Shown here in pieces: positions 1 to 8,978 of a DNA stretch of 64,000 bases. The stretch spans positions 192,001 to 256,000 of the forward strand of contig JAXDQS010000003.1 of assembly GCA_034667725.1 (NCBI GenBank), read 5' to 3'. A program made the position numbers and the translations under genes. This stretch comes from Thermoplasmata archaeon. Its GTDB lineage: Archaea; Thermoplasmatota; E2; JACPAO01; JAHFTW01. Position 1 is the stretch's first letter. Every line of letters starts with the position of its first letter. The notes under the pieces were generated by a model. It ran no database searches. It was not told where the DNA came from and saw only the letters and a list, made by a program, of their open reading frames with translations.

Positions 1-1
1 C

Positions 2-184
2 ATCCTGGCGAACCTCGTGTCGTACTTCGTGGCCGGGCTGCTCGGGCTCATCCTTGCCGTCGTGGTGTGGGCCCTGGTGGCCGCGGCCGCCTACCACACC
101 CGCTGGCTCAAGGGCCTCTTGATCGGCTTCCTGGCCTGGGTGCTGTTCTTCCTGGCCCAGCTGGCCGTGGCCGCGCTGCGCTGA
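2..184 (+). CDS. membrane protein, 5' partial
   Basis: Frame from nt 2 reads ILANLVSYFVAGLLGLILAVVVWALVAAAAYHTRWLKGLLIGFLAWVLFF..LR*; hydrophobic and similar to the C-terminus of the next gene. Confidence 0.7.
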   Translation: MLANLVSYFVAGLLGLILAVVVWALVAAAAYHTRWLKGLLIGFLAWVLFFLAQLAVAALR

Positions 185-232
185 ACCGCGCGAAACCGGA
201 AGCCTGAACTCGCGCCCCGCGGCGTGCGACGC

Positions 233-613
233 ATGGGCCTGGAGTCCTGGGGCCTGCCGTCGCCCAACTACGACATGGCGACCCCGTCCGGCGTGCTGTC
301 GCTCATCCTGTCCATGGCGGTCGTGGGGGCGTCGATGTGGCTGGCCGCGCGCGCCGTCCTGCGGAAGGACGACTTCTTCCGCGCCGTGTGCGCCGGCATG
401 ATCGGCCTCCTGGTCGCCCACCTGGCCTACGTGCTCACGGACGAGTACCCCATCGTCGGCCTGCTGCTGGGCCTCGCGGCGTTCGCCCTGGTGACGGCGG
501 CCATCTACCGCGCCAAGGCCGCGCAGGGCTTCGTCGTCGGCGCCGTCGCGTGGGTGCTGTGGATTCTGGCCACCCTCGCGCTGGCCTACGTCAAGGCCCA
601 CTGGACCCCTTGA
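233..613 (+). CDS. small multi-pass membrane protein
   Basis: About 4 hydrophobic segments; ATG at 233; AIYRAKAAQGFVVGAVAWVL resembles the upstream partial gene. Confidence 0.7.
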   Translation: MGLESWGLPSPNYDMATPSGVLSLILSMAVVGASMWLAARAVLRKDDFFRAVCAGMIGLLVAHLAYVLTDEYPIVGLLLGLAAFALVTAAIYRAKAAQGFVVGAVAWVLWILATLALAYVKAHWTP

Positions 614-616
614 AAG

Positions 617-688
617 AGCCGCTGGCGTGATTCGAACACGCGACCACCTCCTTACCAAGGAGGTGCTCTACCACTGAGCCACAGCGGC
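617..688 (-). tRNA. tRNA-Thr(GGT)
   Basis: Cloverleaf GCCGCTG..CCTCC TT GGT AA GGAGG..TTCGAAT..CAGCGGC T; CCA not encoded. Confidence 0.95.
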
Positions 689-743
689 GGCGAAGCCGGC
701 CACAGGAGGCCCATATTTAGCGGCTTCCAAGCCCGTGCATCCC

Positions 744-763
744 AAAAAGCCGACGAAGGGATT
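744..763. repeat. duplicated tRNA-Thr(TGT) 3' end (att-like)
   Basis: aaaaagccgacgaagggatt at 744-763 equals 827-846. Confidence 0.8.
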
Positions 764-830
764 CAACGCCGGGGGCTGCGCCCCGCGGGCCGCCCGCGCG
801 TCGTGGGGCCTGCGGCCCCACATAGCAAAA

Positions 831-902
831 AGCCGACGAAGGGATTTGAACCCTCGACCTGCGGTTTACAAGACCGCTGCACTACCGCTATGCTACGTCG
901 GC
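831..902 (-). tRNA. tRNA-Thr(TGT)
   Basis: GCCGACG..GCGGT CT TGT AA ACCGC..TTCAAAT..CGTCGGC T. Confidence 0.95.
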
Positions 903-1006
903 GGACGGAGTCGCCGCGCGGCTTGCGGCGTGCAGGCTGCACGGCCGCATGCTGCGTCGGCGTTGGGCAGGCGAGCCGGCCGGTGTTCAAAACGGGCTTG
1001 GCGGGC

Positions 1007-1852
1007 TCAGGGCCACACGAAGTCCACCGTCAGGCCGGGGTCGCCGGCCGCGTACGGGTAGATGTAGAGCCAGGAGGTGAGCTCCGGGACCTCGCCTTGG
1101 CACAGGCCGCTGCCGTTGCTGGCGTCGCCCAGGATGCTGGTCTGGTCCTCGGCCACGAACACGCAGTCGGAGTCGGGGTTGGCCGTCGAGTCCGAGGTGA
1201 ACTCCACGCCCCAGTAGCGGCTGTCCAACGGGACCCAGTGGCCGTCGATGGGCTCGGCGTCGGGGCCTTGGCCGAAGCTGATGCACTTCTCGGGGCCGAT
1301 GACGTCGCCCGCGCAGCCGGCGGAGGGACCGAGCTCGAAATGGAGAGGGTCCGGGGCGGCCGGGGGCGGGGGCGCGATGGCCTTGACCTCCAGGGCCTTG
1401 CCGAGCTTCTGGCCGTCTGCGTAGGTGACGTTGAAGGTGGCGGTGAAGTTGCCGCCGACGCTGTAGACGTAGGTGAACGAGGCGGGGACGCTGCCCTTGC
1501 CGGTCTTGGCCTGGCTGCCGTCGCCGAAGCTGAGGCGCCACTGGGTCTTGGGGTCGGTGCCCGTGGCCGCCGTGCTGAAGGTCACGTTGAGGGGTGTCGA
1601 GCCTTGCAGGACGGGGGCCGTGAAGGTGATGGTGCGGTTGCCGGCCCCGGTCCCGCCGGTGCCCGTGCCTGCCGTCCCGCCGGTGCCGGTGCCGCCCGTG
1701 GCATGGGTGCCGGTCCCGGAGCCGGTCTGGGTGTCGGCGCCGGTGCCGCCGCCCGGGCCCGTGGTGTCCGTGCCGTCAGGCCCCCCGTCGTCCGACGAGC
1801 AGCCCGCAAGCAAAGAGAAAAGCAGCATGGCCGTGGCCAGCACCCAACGCAT
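1007..1852 (-). CDS. PKD-domain lipoprotein
   Basis: Lipobox LLAGC, Gly/Thr linker, PKD signature (PLNVTF..WRLSFGDG..YVYSVGGNFTATFNVT). Confidence 0.8.
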   Translation of the reverse strand: MRWVLATAMLLFSLLAGCSSDDGGPDGTDTTGPGGGTGADTQTGSGTGTHATGGTGTGGTAGTGTGGTGAGNRTITFTAPVLQGSTPLNVTFSTAATGTDPKTQWRLSFGDGSQAKTGKGSVPASFTYVYSVGGNFTATFNVTYADGQKLGKALEVKAIAPPPPAAPDPLHFELGPSAGCAGDVIGPEKCISFGQGPDAEPIDGHWVPLDSRYWGVEFTSDSTANPDSDCVFVAEDQTSILGDASNGSGLCQGEVPELTSWLYIYPYAAGDPGLTVDFVWP

Positions 1853-1942
1853 AAGCCGGCAAGAAAGGGGGCCCTCTTCAGGATGCCGGGTTTGGCCAAG
1901 TCCCCAATGCTTATCCTGGGGCTCCGGGTAGGAGCTTCTGCC

Positions 1943-2320
1943 ATGGTCGCCACGATCAACGACATCCTGGAAATCGTGCGCAGCAACCCCTTCATCGACG
2001 GGGTGGGCTACTTCGTGGAGATCACGACCTCCCAGCCGGTGCCCAAGGGCGACGTCCCCAAGCTGTCCGAGAAGATGCGCGACGCCTTCTGCGAGCACGC
2101 CCAGGTCACCTTGGAGGGCGAGGACGTCCTCGGCCTGGACTTCCATGAGCACATCTTCACCCAGGGCGACGAGGCCGACGAGGACCTCCAGGCCTTGGCC
2201 GACATCCTGCACCACGTCGAGCGCCGCTACGGCGTCGACCACCTGTGCATCGAGTTCCAGTTCGACTTCAGCCGGGCCCGCGAGGCCAAGAAGGAGCTGG
2301 ACGAGCTGCTCAAGCCGTAG
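1943..2320 (+). CDS. hypothetical acidic protein
   Basis: ATG 1943 after GGAG; host-like codon usage; MVATINDILEIVRSNPF.. Confidence 0.7.
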   Translation: MVATINDILEIVRSNPFIDGVGYFVEITTSQPVPKGDVPKLSEKMRDAFCEHAQVTLEGEDVLGLDFHEHIFTQGDEADEDLQALADILHHVERRYGVDHLCIEFQFDFSRAREAKKELDELLKP

Positions 2321-2354
2321 GCCGAGACCCGGGCCTGACGAGCGCCCACCCGCG

Positions 2355-3044
2355 TCAGTCCGCGACGACCAGGTCGTCCCCGTACCGCTCCTCGGCCCCC
2401 GGCGGCAGGAACTTGCTGCTGCACCCGACCAGGTAGCCGTCCACCTGGTAGACCAAGGCCCCGGGGGGCAGCGCGGTCCCGTCGGGCAGCGCCGTCAGCA
2501 GGCGCCCGGTGAACTGGCCCGGCTTGGGCTGGAGGGGATGCTCCGGGGCGGCGTCGTACCAGGCCCAGACCCGGGCCGGCGTCTCCCCGACGCCCGCCAG
2601 CGCCTCCACCGGGAAGACCTGGCCTGCGCGCCCGAGGCGCCAGGCCGTCTCCGTCGGCGGGAGGGCGGGCTCGGGGTCGGCGGGGCTGCGGCGCGTCTCG
2701 TTGCGCAGCGTCCAGGCGACCTCGCCGTTGGTCTCCTCGATCGAGAGGCGGAGGGTGCTGTAGAGGCGGACGCCGTCCTGGGTCCAGCCTTGCGTCCAGG
2801 CGATGGCGTCCGAGAACGCGGGGTTGGGCGCGAGGTAGGTGCCGTTGGGGCCGGTGAGCGGGATTTGGCGGGGCTGGGGGACGCCGAGCATCGTCCAGGA
2901 GCCGGTGGTGTGCGCGGCGGGGTCGGCCAGGATCTCGGGGACTTGGCGGACGGCGGCCTCGGACTGGGAGGCGGCCAGCCAGAAGGTGGCGGCGCCGGCG
3001 GCGAGGATGGCGACCCCGACCAGGAGGCGGCTGCGGGCGTTCAT
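2355..3044 (-). CDS. ccmE: cytochrome c maturation heme chaperone CcmE-like (Cys type)
   Basis: N-terminal TM anchor; C-terminal LVGCSSKF resembling the CxxxY motif; last gene of the ccmABCD run. Confidence 0.65.
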   Translation of the reverse strand: MNARSRLLVGVAILAAGAATFWLAASQSEAAVRQVPEILADPAAHTTGSWTMLGVPQPRQIPLTGPNGTYLAPNPAFSDAIAWTQGWTQDGVRLYSTLRLSIEETNGEVAWTLRNETRRSPADPEPALPPTETAWRLGRAGQVFPVEALAGVGETPARVWAWYDAAPEHPLQPKPGQFTGRLLTALPDGTALPPGALVYQVDGYLVGCSSKFLPPGAEERYGDDLVVAD

Positions 3045-3172
3045 GGACGCCTCCGCAGCTCCTCGACCTGGCGCTGGAGGCGGCGGCTGCGGCGCTCCAG
3101 CAGGGCGAGGTAGGCGCCGACCAGGAGGGCGATGCTGCCGAAGGCGAGGGCGAAGCTTTGGGCGTCGGTCAT
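3041..3172 (-). CDS. ccmD: CcmD-like small membrane protein
   Basis: 43 aa, one TM with Tyr then a basic coiled tail; ATGA overlaps with ccmC and ccmE. Confidence 0.65.
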   Translation of the reverse strand: MTDAQSFALAFGSIALLVGAYLALLERRSRRLQRQVEELRRRP

Positions 3173-3912
3173 GCGAGGGCCTCCTCCAGCTGCGCGAGGC
3201 GGACGCGGGCGAGGATGAGGTGGGCCAGCAGCAGCAGGAAGGCGACGGCGCTCAGGGCCAGCAGGACGTTGACCTCGGTGCTGGTGGCGGCGTCGTTGTT
3301 GGCGCCGGGGCCCAGCACGTCGGGGTGGAGGCTGGTCTGGACGAGGCGGCTCACGAGGAAGCTGGCGGGGACCGCGATGAAGCCGAGGACGCCGAAGGCG
3401 GCGCTGAGGCGGGCGCGGCGCTCGGCCCCGTCCACGAGGCGGCGCAGCAGCAGGTAGGCGGCGAAGGTGAGCCAGAGCACCAGGACGACCAGCACCTTGG
3501 GCTCGGAGTAGACGGTGGCGAGGGCCGACTGGCCGGTGCGCGACCACTCCTGCATCCCCCAGATGGTGCCGGTCGCGAGGGCGATGGTGTTGAACAGGAA
3601 GCCGACGCCGGCGGCGGCGCGGGCGTTGCGGTCGTGGCGCAGGTCGCGCTCGTTGAGGTAGGCGACGCCGTAGGCGAACGTCACCAGGTAGGCGGCGAAC
3701 GAGGCCCACGCGGTGGCGGGGTGGTAGAAGGTGAGCTTGCGGGTCAGCGGCGCCGTCACGTCGGGGGCGTAGGACCAGTCGGGGCCGCCCATGCCGCCGA
3801 GGAGCGGGACCCAGGAGGGCAGCGGCAGCCACGCCGTGTAGCCGAGCAGCAGGAGGGCCGCGACGGCGAGCACCAGGGTCGCCACGCGCCAGGGGCGCAT
3901 CGGGTCCTCCAT
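3169..3912 (-). CDS. ccmC: cytochrome c biogenesis protein CcmC
   Basis: FYHPATAW, TGTIWG..W..EPK and SLHP motifs; about 6 TM. Confidence 0.85.
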   Translation of the reverse strand: MEDPMRPWRVATLVLAVAALLLLGYTAWLPLPSWVPLLGGMGGPDWSYAPDVTAPLTRKLTFYHPATAWASFAAYLVTFAYGVAYLNERDLRHDRNARAAAGVGFLFNTIALATGTIWGMQEWSRTGQSALATVYSEPKVLVVLVLWLTFAAYLLLRRLVDGAERRARLSAAFGVLGFIAVPASFLVSRLVQTSLHPDVLGPGANNDAATSTEVNVLLALSAVAFLLLLAHLILARVRLAQLEEALA

Positions 3913-3984
3913 GGGGGCCGGTCCAGCCGGGGGGGCCGATAGGGCTTGTGGTGGTGGAGCGGAAGCTTGGATCCCCGACAGCGA

Positions 3985-4048
3985 ACCGAGGATTGCACGG
4001 ATCGCACGGAATGGCGTCAGCCTCCTTGAAATCCGTGCAATTCGTGGT
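3985..4048. repeat. palindromic REP-like element (CACGGAT type)
   Basis: gattgcacggat..atccgtgcaatt inverted repeat; related copies at 57289 and 60949. Confidence 0.65.
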
Positions 4049-4070
4049 GGATTCGGGGCGACCAAGCCGC

Positions 4071-4727
4071 TCACTCCCCCTCCAGCACGATTGGCCACAG
4101 CAGCCATGCCGCCCCCGCCGCCAGCAGGTCGTAGCCCGCCATCGCCAGCAGGGGGGCCCGCGCGTCCGCCACGCTGGCGCCCGACAGCAGCGCGGTGGTC
4201 GCGGCCAGCCCCGCCTGCAAGAGCGGGAACGCAGCGGGCACCAGCAGCACCGGCAGGATGGCGTCGCGGGCGCGCGCCTGCACGGCGAGGGCCGCCGCCA
4301 GCGTCGCCAGCACCGCCAGGCCGACGGCCGCCAGCCCCAGGACCACCGCGAGCCCAAGCGGCGCGGGCAGCGCGAACAGCCAGCCGAGCACGAGCCAGGC
4401 GGCGCCGCCCAAGAGCAGGAGCAGGACGAAGTGCAGCAGGGTGCGGCTCCAGCCGTGCAGCCCCACGGACACCGGCGCCGAGCGCAGCAGGTCGAGGGTG
4501 CCTTGGTCGGCCTCGGCGGCGAGGCCCCGGCCGGCCACCGCGCCGGCGCCGAACACCAGCGGCGTCCAGAGCAGCGCGGCGGCGGTGGCGTGCGCGCCGG
4601 CCAGGCTGCGGAACGACAGCAGGTCGACGGCGGCGAACAGCAGCACCAGCACCAGTCCCGCTTGCAGCGCCTCGCGGCCGCGCCACTCGCGGCGCGCGTC
4701 CTTCCACAGCAGCGCGCCCAGGCTCAC
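4071..4727 (-). CDS. ccmB: heme exporter permease CcmB
   Basis: LWKDARREWR, EADQGTLDLL and ILPVLLVP motifs; GTG start overlaps the ccmA stop. Confidence 0.85.
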   Translation of the reverse strand: MSLGALLWKDARREWRGREALQAGLVLVLLFAAVDLLSFRSLAGAHATAAALLWTPLVFGAGAVAGRGLAAEADQGTLDLLRSAPVSVGLHGWSRTLLHFVLLLLLGGAAWLVLGWLFALPAPLGLAVVLGLAAVGLAVLATLAAALAVQARARDAILPVLLVPAAFPLLQAGLAATTALLSGASVADARAPLLAMAGYDLLAAGAAWLLWPIVLEGE

Positions 4728-5332
4728 GCCAGGCGGCCCTCCTGGAGGCGGACGGCGCGGTGCGCGACGCGGGCGGCCTGCGCCTCGTCGTGCAGGGCGA
4801 CCAGGATGGCGCCGCGGTGGCGGGCGAAGCGCCCCTCGAGCCAGGCCGTGCCTTGGGCGTCGAGGCTGGCGAACGGCTCGTCGAGCAGCAGCAGGGGCCG
4901 CTCGGGCAGGAGGGCCATGGCGAGGGCGAGGCGTTGGCGGGTGCCGCGGCTCAGGTCGCGCACCGGGGTCTGGAGGTGGGCGGCGAGCCCCGCCTCTTTC
5001 AGGAGGCCGTCGTCGCCGGGGACCCCTTGGACGCGGGCCCACCAGTGGAGGTGCTCCGCCGGCGTCAGCTCGGGGTAGAGCGGGGCGTCCTGGGTGAGGA
5101 GGGAGAGGCGGCGGCGGGCGGCCTCGGGGTCCTTGGCGGCGTCGACGCCGCCGACGTGGACCGTGCCCGCGGCGGGGCGGCTGAGGGTCGCGGCGATGCG
5201 CAGCAGCGTGGACTTGCCGGCGCCGTTGGGCCCTAGCAGGGCGACCCGTTCGCCGGGGCCGAGCTGGAGGTCGACGCCGCGCAGCACCTCGGCGCCGTCG
5301 AACGACTTGCGGACGCCGGCCAGGCGCAGCAT
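4724..5332 (-). CDS. ccmA: heme exporter ATP-binding protein CcmA
   Basis: Walker A GPNGAGKST, signature LSRG, Walker B LLLDEP. Confidence 0.85.
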   Translation of the reverse strand: MLRLAGVRKSFDGAEVLRGVDLQLGPGERVALLGPNGAGKSTLLRIAATLSRPAAGTVHVGGVDAAKDPEAARRRLSLLTQDAPLYPELTPAEHLHWWARVQGVPGDDGLLKEAGLAAHLQTPVRDLSRGTRQRLALAMALLPERPLLLLDEPFASLDAQGTAWLEGRFARHRGAILVALHDEAQAARVAHRAVRLQEGRLA

Positions 5333-5337
5333 CGCGG

Positions 5338-6039
5338 CTAGGCTCCCTCGAACTGCCGGCGGATCAAGGCGTTCTCGGCGGTCTGGAGGCGCTTGTGGAC
5401 GGCGGCCTTGGAGACCCCGAACGCGGTGGCAAGCTCGTCGAGGGTGCAGGCGCGCGGGTCGGAGTAGTAGCCCATGCTGATCGCCATCTTGACCACCTCG
5501 ACCTGGCGCGGCGTCAAGAGGCGGCCTTTCTGGCGAAGGCGCAGCTCGGGCTGGTACTCGCCGACGTGCAGCAGCTTGAAGTCGTCGGCGGGGACGACGC
5601 GGCGCATGTGGACCGTGAACTCGTTGAAGGCGGCCAGGCCGGCGGGGTTGGGGGACAGCACGGCGATCACGATGTAGCCGCCCTCGACCACCACGGGCTG
5701 GAAGATGGTCTCGGGGCCCAGCATCCGGATGGTCATCTGGATCGGGTCGTGCCGCTGGTAGTAGGTGAGGACCGTCGTCGAGATCTCCACCGAGCCGTAG
5801 TCCTCGCTCTCGGACAGCATCTCGAAGGTGCCGTAGCGCTTGGCGAACTGCCCCGTCAGGAACCGGGTCCGCGTCTGGCGGTCGGCCAGGATGGTCACGA
5901 TGGCGCGCTCCACCGGCGCGTGGGCGCTGGCCCGCATCAGGTTCAGCACGATGCGGGCCTGCGGATGCTCCTGCGTGAACTGGCACAAGAGGTTGTCCTG
6001 GGACCGGATCTTGAAGACGTACTCCGTCAGCCCCTGCAC
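5338..6039 (-). CDS. transcription regulator with C-terminal HTH_10 (bacterio-opsin activator type)
   Basis: LTPRQ..AISMGYYSDPR..TLDELA..GVSKAAV..RL..AE. Confidence 0.85.
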   Translation of the reverse strand: MQGLTEYVFKIRSQDNLLCQFTQEHPQARIVLNLMRASAHAPVERAIVTILADRQTRTRFLTGQFAKRYGTFEMLSESEDYGSVEISTTVLTYYQRHDPIQMTIRMLGPETIFQPVVVEGGYIVIAVLSPNPAGLAAFNEFTVHMRRVVPADDFKLLHVGEYQPELRLRQKGRLLTPRQVEVVKMAISMGYYSDPRACTLDELATAFGVSKAAVHKRLQTAENALIRRQFEGA

Positions 6040-6184
6040 GCCGGGCCCGACCGCCTGGGGGTTGATGAAACGTGGACCTGCGAACCCGCCCGGTTTCTAT
6101 GTCAACCCCGCGGCAAGCCGACCGTTGACTTCTCAAGCCTCGGCACGGCAAAGGTTTAGATGCGACGAAACTGGCCGCGGGCCC

Positions 6185-7099
6185 ATGCGAGGCCTTGCCC
6201 TCCTGGCGACCGCCATGGTCCTGCTGGCCGGCTGCACCGGCGGCGCCGACGACACTTCGTCCCCCGGCCCCGTGCCCGGCGACGACTACCCTGGCAAGCC
6301 CACCGGCAGCGACGCGCTCGCCATCGTCGGCGTCGTGCATTCCGAGGCGCTCGTGCCCCTCGCCCAGGCCGAGCTGGCCATCGACGGCCTCGGCCTCCGC
6401 GCCATCTCCGACGCCCAAGGGCAGTTCTCGTTCCCGCCCGTCGAGCCCGCCATCTACACCGTGCACGCCACGGCGGCAGGCTACCGGTCGGCCACCCTCA
6501 CGGCCCGCCCCGCCGGCGGCGCCCTCGAGTTCATCCTGGCCTCCACGGGCCCCGTCCAGCCCTACAACAACACGCTGCCGTTCCACGGCTACCTGGAATG
6601 CGCCGCCGAGTACCTCATCATCACCGGCCCCTGCGACGCCGTCCTGATCGCGGGGGGCCAGGAGCCGGTCTTCCAGAACCAGAGCGCCTTCCAGTTCGCC
6701 ACCGACCCCAACTGGGCCACCATGGTGTTCGACGTCGACTTCGACCCGGACCAGGCCCAGGCCATCGACGGCCTCCGCCTGACGCTGCGCGGCAAGGACG
6801 ACTCCGACTCCACCGGCACCTACGAGCAGTACGGCCGCTTCCACGACGCCGCCCCCTTCAGCTTCCGCGTCGAGCCCAACGGCAACTACACCGACGGCAC
6901 CAAGCCCGTGCCCGCCAACGCCACCGCGTTCACCGTGGACGTGTACCCGCAAGGCAAGGCCTACCACGAGGTGTGCGACCCGTCCGGCGCGACCTGCTTC
7001 CTCGGCGTCGGCGCCGCCACCAACATCCGGTTCGACGTGTACGTGACGGTGTTCTACCTGGAGCCGGCGCCGGCAGGGTTCACCCTGCTCGGGGCCTAG
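6185..7099 (+). CDS. lipoprotein with carboxypeptidase-regulatory-like domain
   Basis: Lipobox LLAGC; SDAQGQFSF..YTVHATAAGY. Confidence 0.75.
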   Translation: MRGLALLATAMVLLAGCTGGADDTSSPGPVPGDDYPGKPTGSDALAIVGVVHSEALVPLAQAELAIDGLGLRAISDAQGQFSFPPVEPAIYTVHATAAGYRSATLTARPAGGALEFILASTGPVQPYNNTLPFHGYLECAAEYLIITGPCDAVLIAGGQEPVFQNQSAFQFATDPNWATMVFDVDFDPDQAQAIDGLRLTLRGKDDSDSTGTYEQYGRFHDAAPFSFRVEPNGNYTDGTKPVPANATAFTVDVYPQGKAYHEVCDPSGATCFLGVGAATNIRFDVYVTVFYLEPAPAGFTLLGA

Positions 7100-7100
7100 C

Positions 7101-7520
7101 ATGGGGCCGCCGCCCTACTCCACCGCCAGCGCCGCCAGCGAGCTCCTGGTCACGGCCGCCGTCCTCTACGTCGTCGCGCGGGCCTACCGCCGCGGCGACT
7201 TCCGCCGCGCCCTCATCGCCATCGTCCTCGCCTTCGAGGTGTTCGCCAACGTCCTCTACATGGCCTACCGGATGGCCGTCCCGACGCCGCCGCTGGCGCA
7301 AGCCGCGGGCTGGCTGGGCGGGGTCGCCGCGCTGCACGGCATCCTGTCGCTTGCCATGCTGCTGTTCCTGGGCATCCTGGTGGCGCTGGCGTGGCGCGAC
7401 GGCGAGCGCGGCACCAACACCTTCCGCGAGCTCAAGGGCACGACGTGGACGTTCGTCGGGCTCTGGCTCGTCTCGGTGGCAAGCGGGGAGTTCCTGTACG
7501 CGGCGCTGTACCTGGCCTAA
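7101..7520 (+). CDS. DUF420-like membrane protein
   Basis: 4 TM, conserved LHGILS, C-terminal LW..S..SG..LY. Confidence 0.6.
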   Translation: MGPPPYSTASAASELLVTAAVLYVVARAYRRGDFRRALIAIVLAFEVFANVLYMAYRMAVPTPPLAQAAGWLGGVAALHGILSLAMLLFLGILVALAWRDGERGTNTFRELKGTTWTFVGLWLVSVASGEFLYAALYLA

Positions 7521-7891
7521 CGCTTCTTGGCGCCCATCCCAGGCATGGCCGCGGCCTGCCGGAACCACTTGGCGAGCTGCCGCTCGTCCAGCTTGTCCCC
7601 TTCGCGCAGGTCGAGCGAGCGCATCAGTTCGCCCGTGCCTTCCGGCGGAGGCGGCGTCAGCTCCGCGCCGCGGAAGAAGTTGACCTTGACGTGCGCCTTG
7701 AAGCCCGCCAGCGCCGCGAACCAGCCGTTCGCCTCGGTGCCGTAGTTCGGGACGCGCCACTTGATGGCGCGTCGCACGCCGGGCACCTCCCGCGCGACGA
7801 TGGCGTCGATGCGGCGCGCGACCTCGCGCTGCCAGCCGGGCAGGGCCGCGAGGTAGGCGGCGACGGCCGCGTCGTCGCTGGCCGCCGCCAT
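7517..7891 (-). CDS. DUF1801 (YdhG-like) protein
   Basis: AIKWRVPNY, FKAHVKVNFFRGAEL. Confidence 0.85.
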   Translation of the reverse strand: MAAASDDAAVAAYLAALPGWQREVARRIDAIVAREVPGVRRAIKWRVPNYGTEANGWFAALAGFKAHVKVNFFRGAELTPPPPEGTGELMRSLDLREGDKLDERQLAKWFRQAAAMPGMGAKKR

Positions 7892-8943
7892 CAGTGCACG
7901 CCGCCGACCGGGTGATGCACGCCGGTCCCCTTCGCGACGTGCCCGACGACCTTCACGTCGTACTGGACCTGCTTGCGCAGGAAAGCGACGGCCTCCTTGG
8001 CGCTCGCCTCGGGGACGACGACGCAGAAGCCCATGCCCATGTTGAACGTCTTGTACATCTCGGCGTCGGCGACGGCGCCCAGCTCCTGCACGCGGCGGAA
8101 CACGGGCTGGACCGGCAGCGGGTCCACGATGTCGTAGCGGACGCCCTGGTGGATGCGGCGCAGCTTCCGCAGGCCCGAGCCCGTGATGTGCGACAGGCCG
8201 TGCACCGGGATGCCCGACTTCAACAGCGCCAGGATCTCGCGGACGTAGATCCGGGTCGGCTCCAACAGGACGTCGCCGACGCGGGCGCCCTTGGCGTAGC
8301 CGTCCGCCGCCCACGGCCACGGGTCGGTGTACTTGTGGCCGCCGCGCTCGAACGCCTTGCGCGCCAGCGAGTAGCCGTTGGAGTGGATGCCCGTCGAGGC
8401 GAGGCCCACGATGGCGTCGCCGGGCTGGATCTTGCTGCCATCGACGATGGCGTCGCGGCGCACGTGCGCGAGGCAGGTGCCGGCGAGGTCGAAGCCCTTG
8501 ATGATGCCGGGCAGGCTCGCGGTCTCGCCGCCGATCAGGCTGCAGTTGGCCTGGCGGGCGCCCTCGTTGAGGCCGATGCCAACTTGGCGGGTGAGGTCGG
8601 GGTCCGGGTCCTCGACGGCCAGGTAGTCCACGAACGCCAGCGGCTCGGCGCCGACGCAGAGCGCGTCGTTGACGTTCATCGCCATGCAGTCGATGCCGAC
8701 CGTGTCCCACTTCCGCAGGGCGTTGGCGACCTCGACCTTGCTGCCGACGCCGTCGGTGCACAGCACGAGGGCTTGGTCGGGGCCGAACTCGATGAGGCCC
8801 GCGAAGTGGCCGATGCGGCCGAGCGGCTTGCCAAAGCCGGAGCGGGCGAAGCTCACCATGCCCGCGAGCGCGTCGATGGCCTTGTCCTCGCGGTGGATGT
8901 CCACGCCGCTGCCGGCGTAGGTGAGCGCGTCCTTGCCCGTCAC
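7891..8943 (-). CDS. purM: phosphoribosylformylglycinamidine cyclo-ligase (AIR synthetase)
   Basis: YAGSGVDI, TDGVGSK, GGETA, GIHSNGYS, HITG, TFNMGMG. Confidence 0.95.
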   Translation of the reverse strand: MTGKDALTYAGSGVDIHREDKAIDALAGMVSFARSGFGKPLGRIGHFAGLIEFGPDQALVLCTDGVGSKVEVANALRKWDTVGIDCMAMNVNDALCVGAEPLAFVDYLAVEDPDPDLTRQVGIGLNEGARQANCSLIGGETASLPGIIKGFDLAGTCLAHVRRDAIVDGSKIQPGDAIVGLASTGIHSNGYSLARKAFERGGHKYTDPWPWAADGYAKGARVGDVLLEPTRIYVREILALLKSGIPVHGLSHITGSGLRKLRRIHQGVRYDIVDPLPVQPVFRRVQELGAVADAEMYKTFNMGMGFCVVVPEASAKEAVAFLRKQVQYDVKVVGHVAKGTGVHHPVGGVH

Positions 8944-8978
8944 GCCCGCCGCCACAAGGAGGCCGCTTAGAAGCTTGG

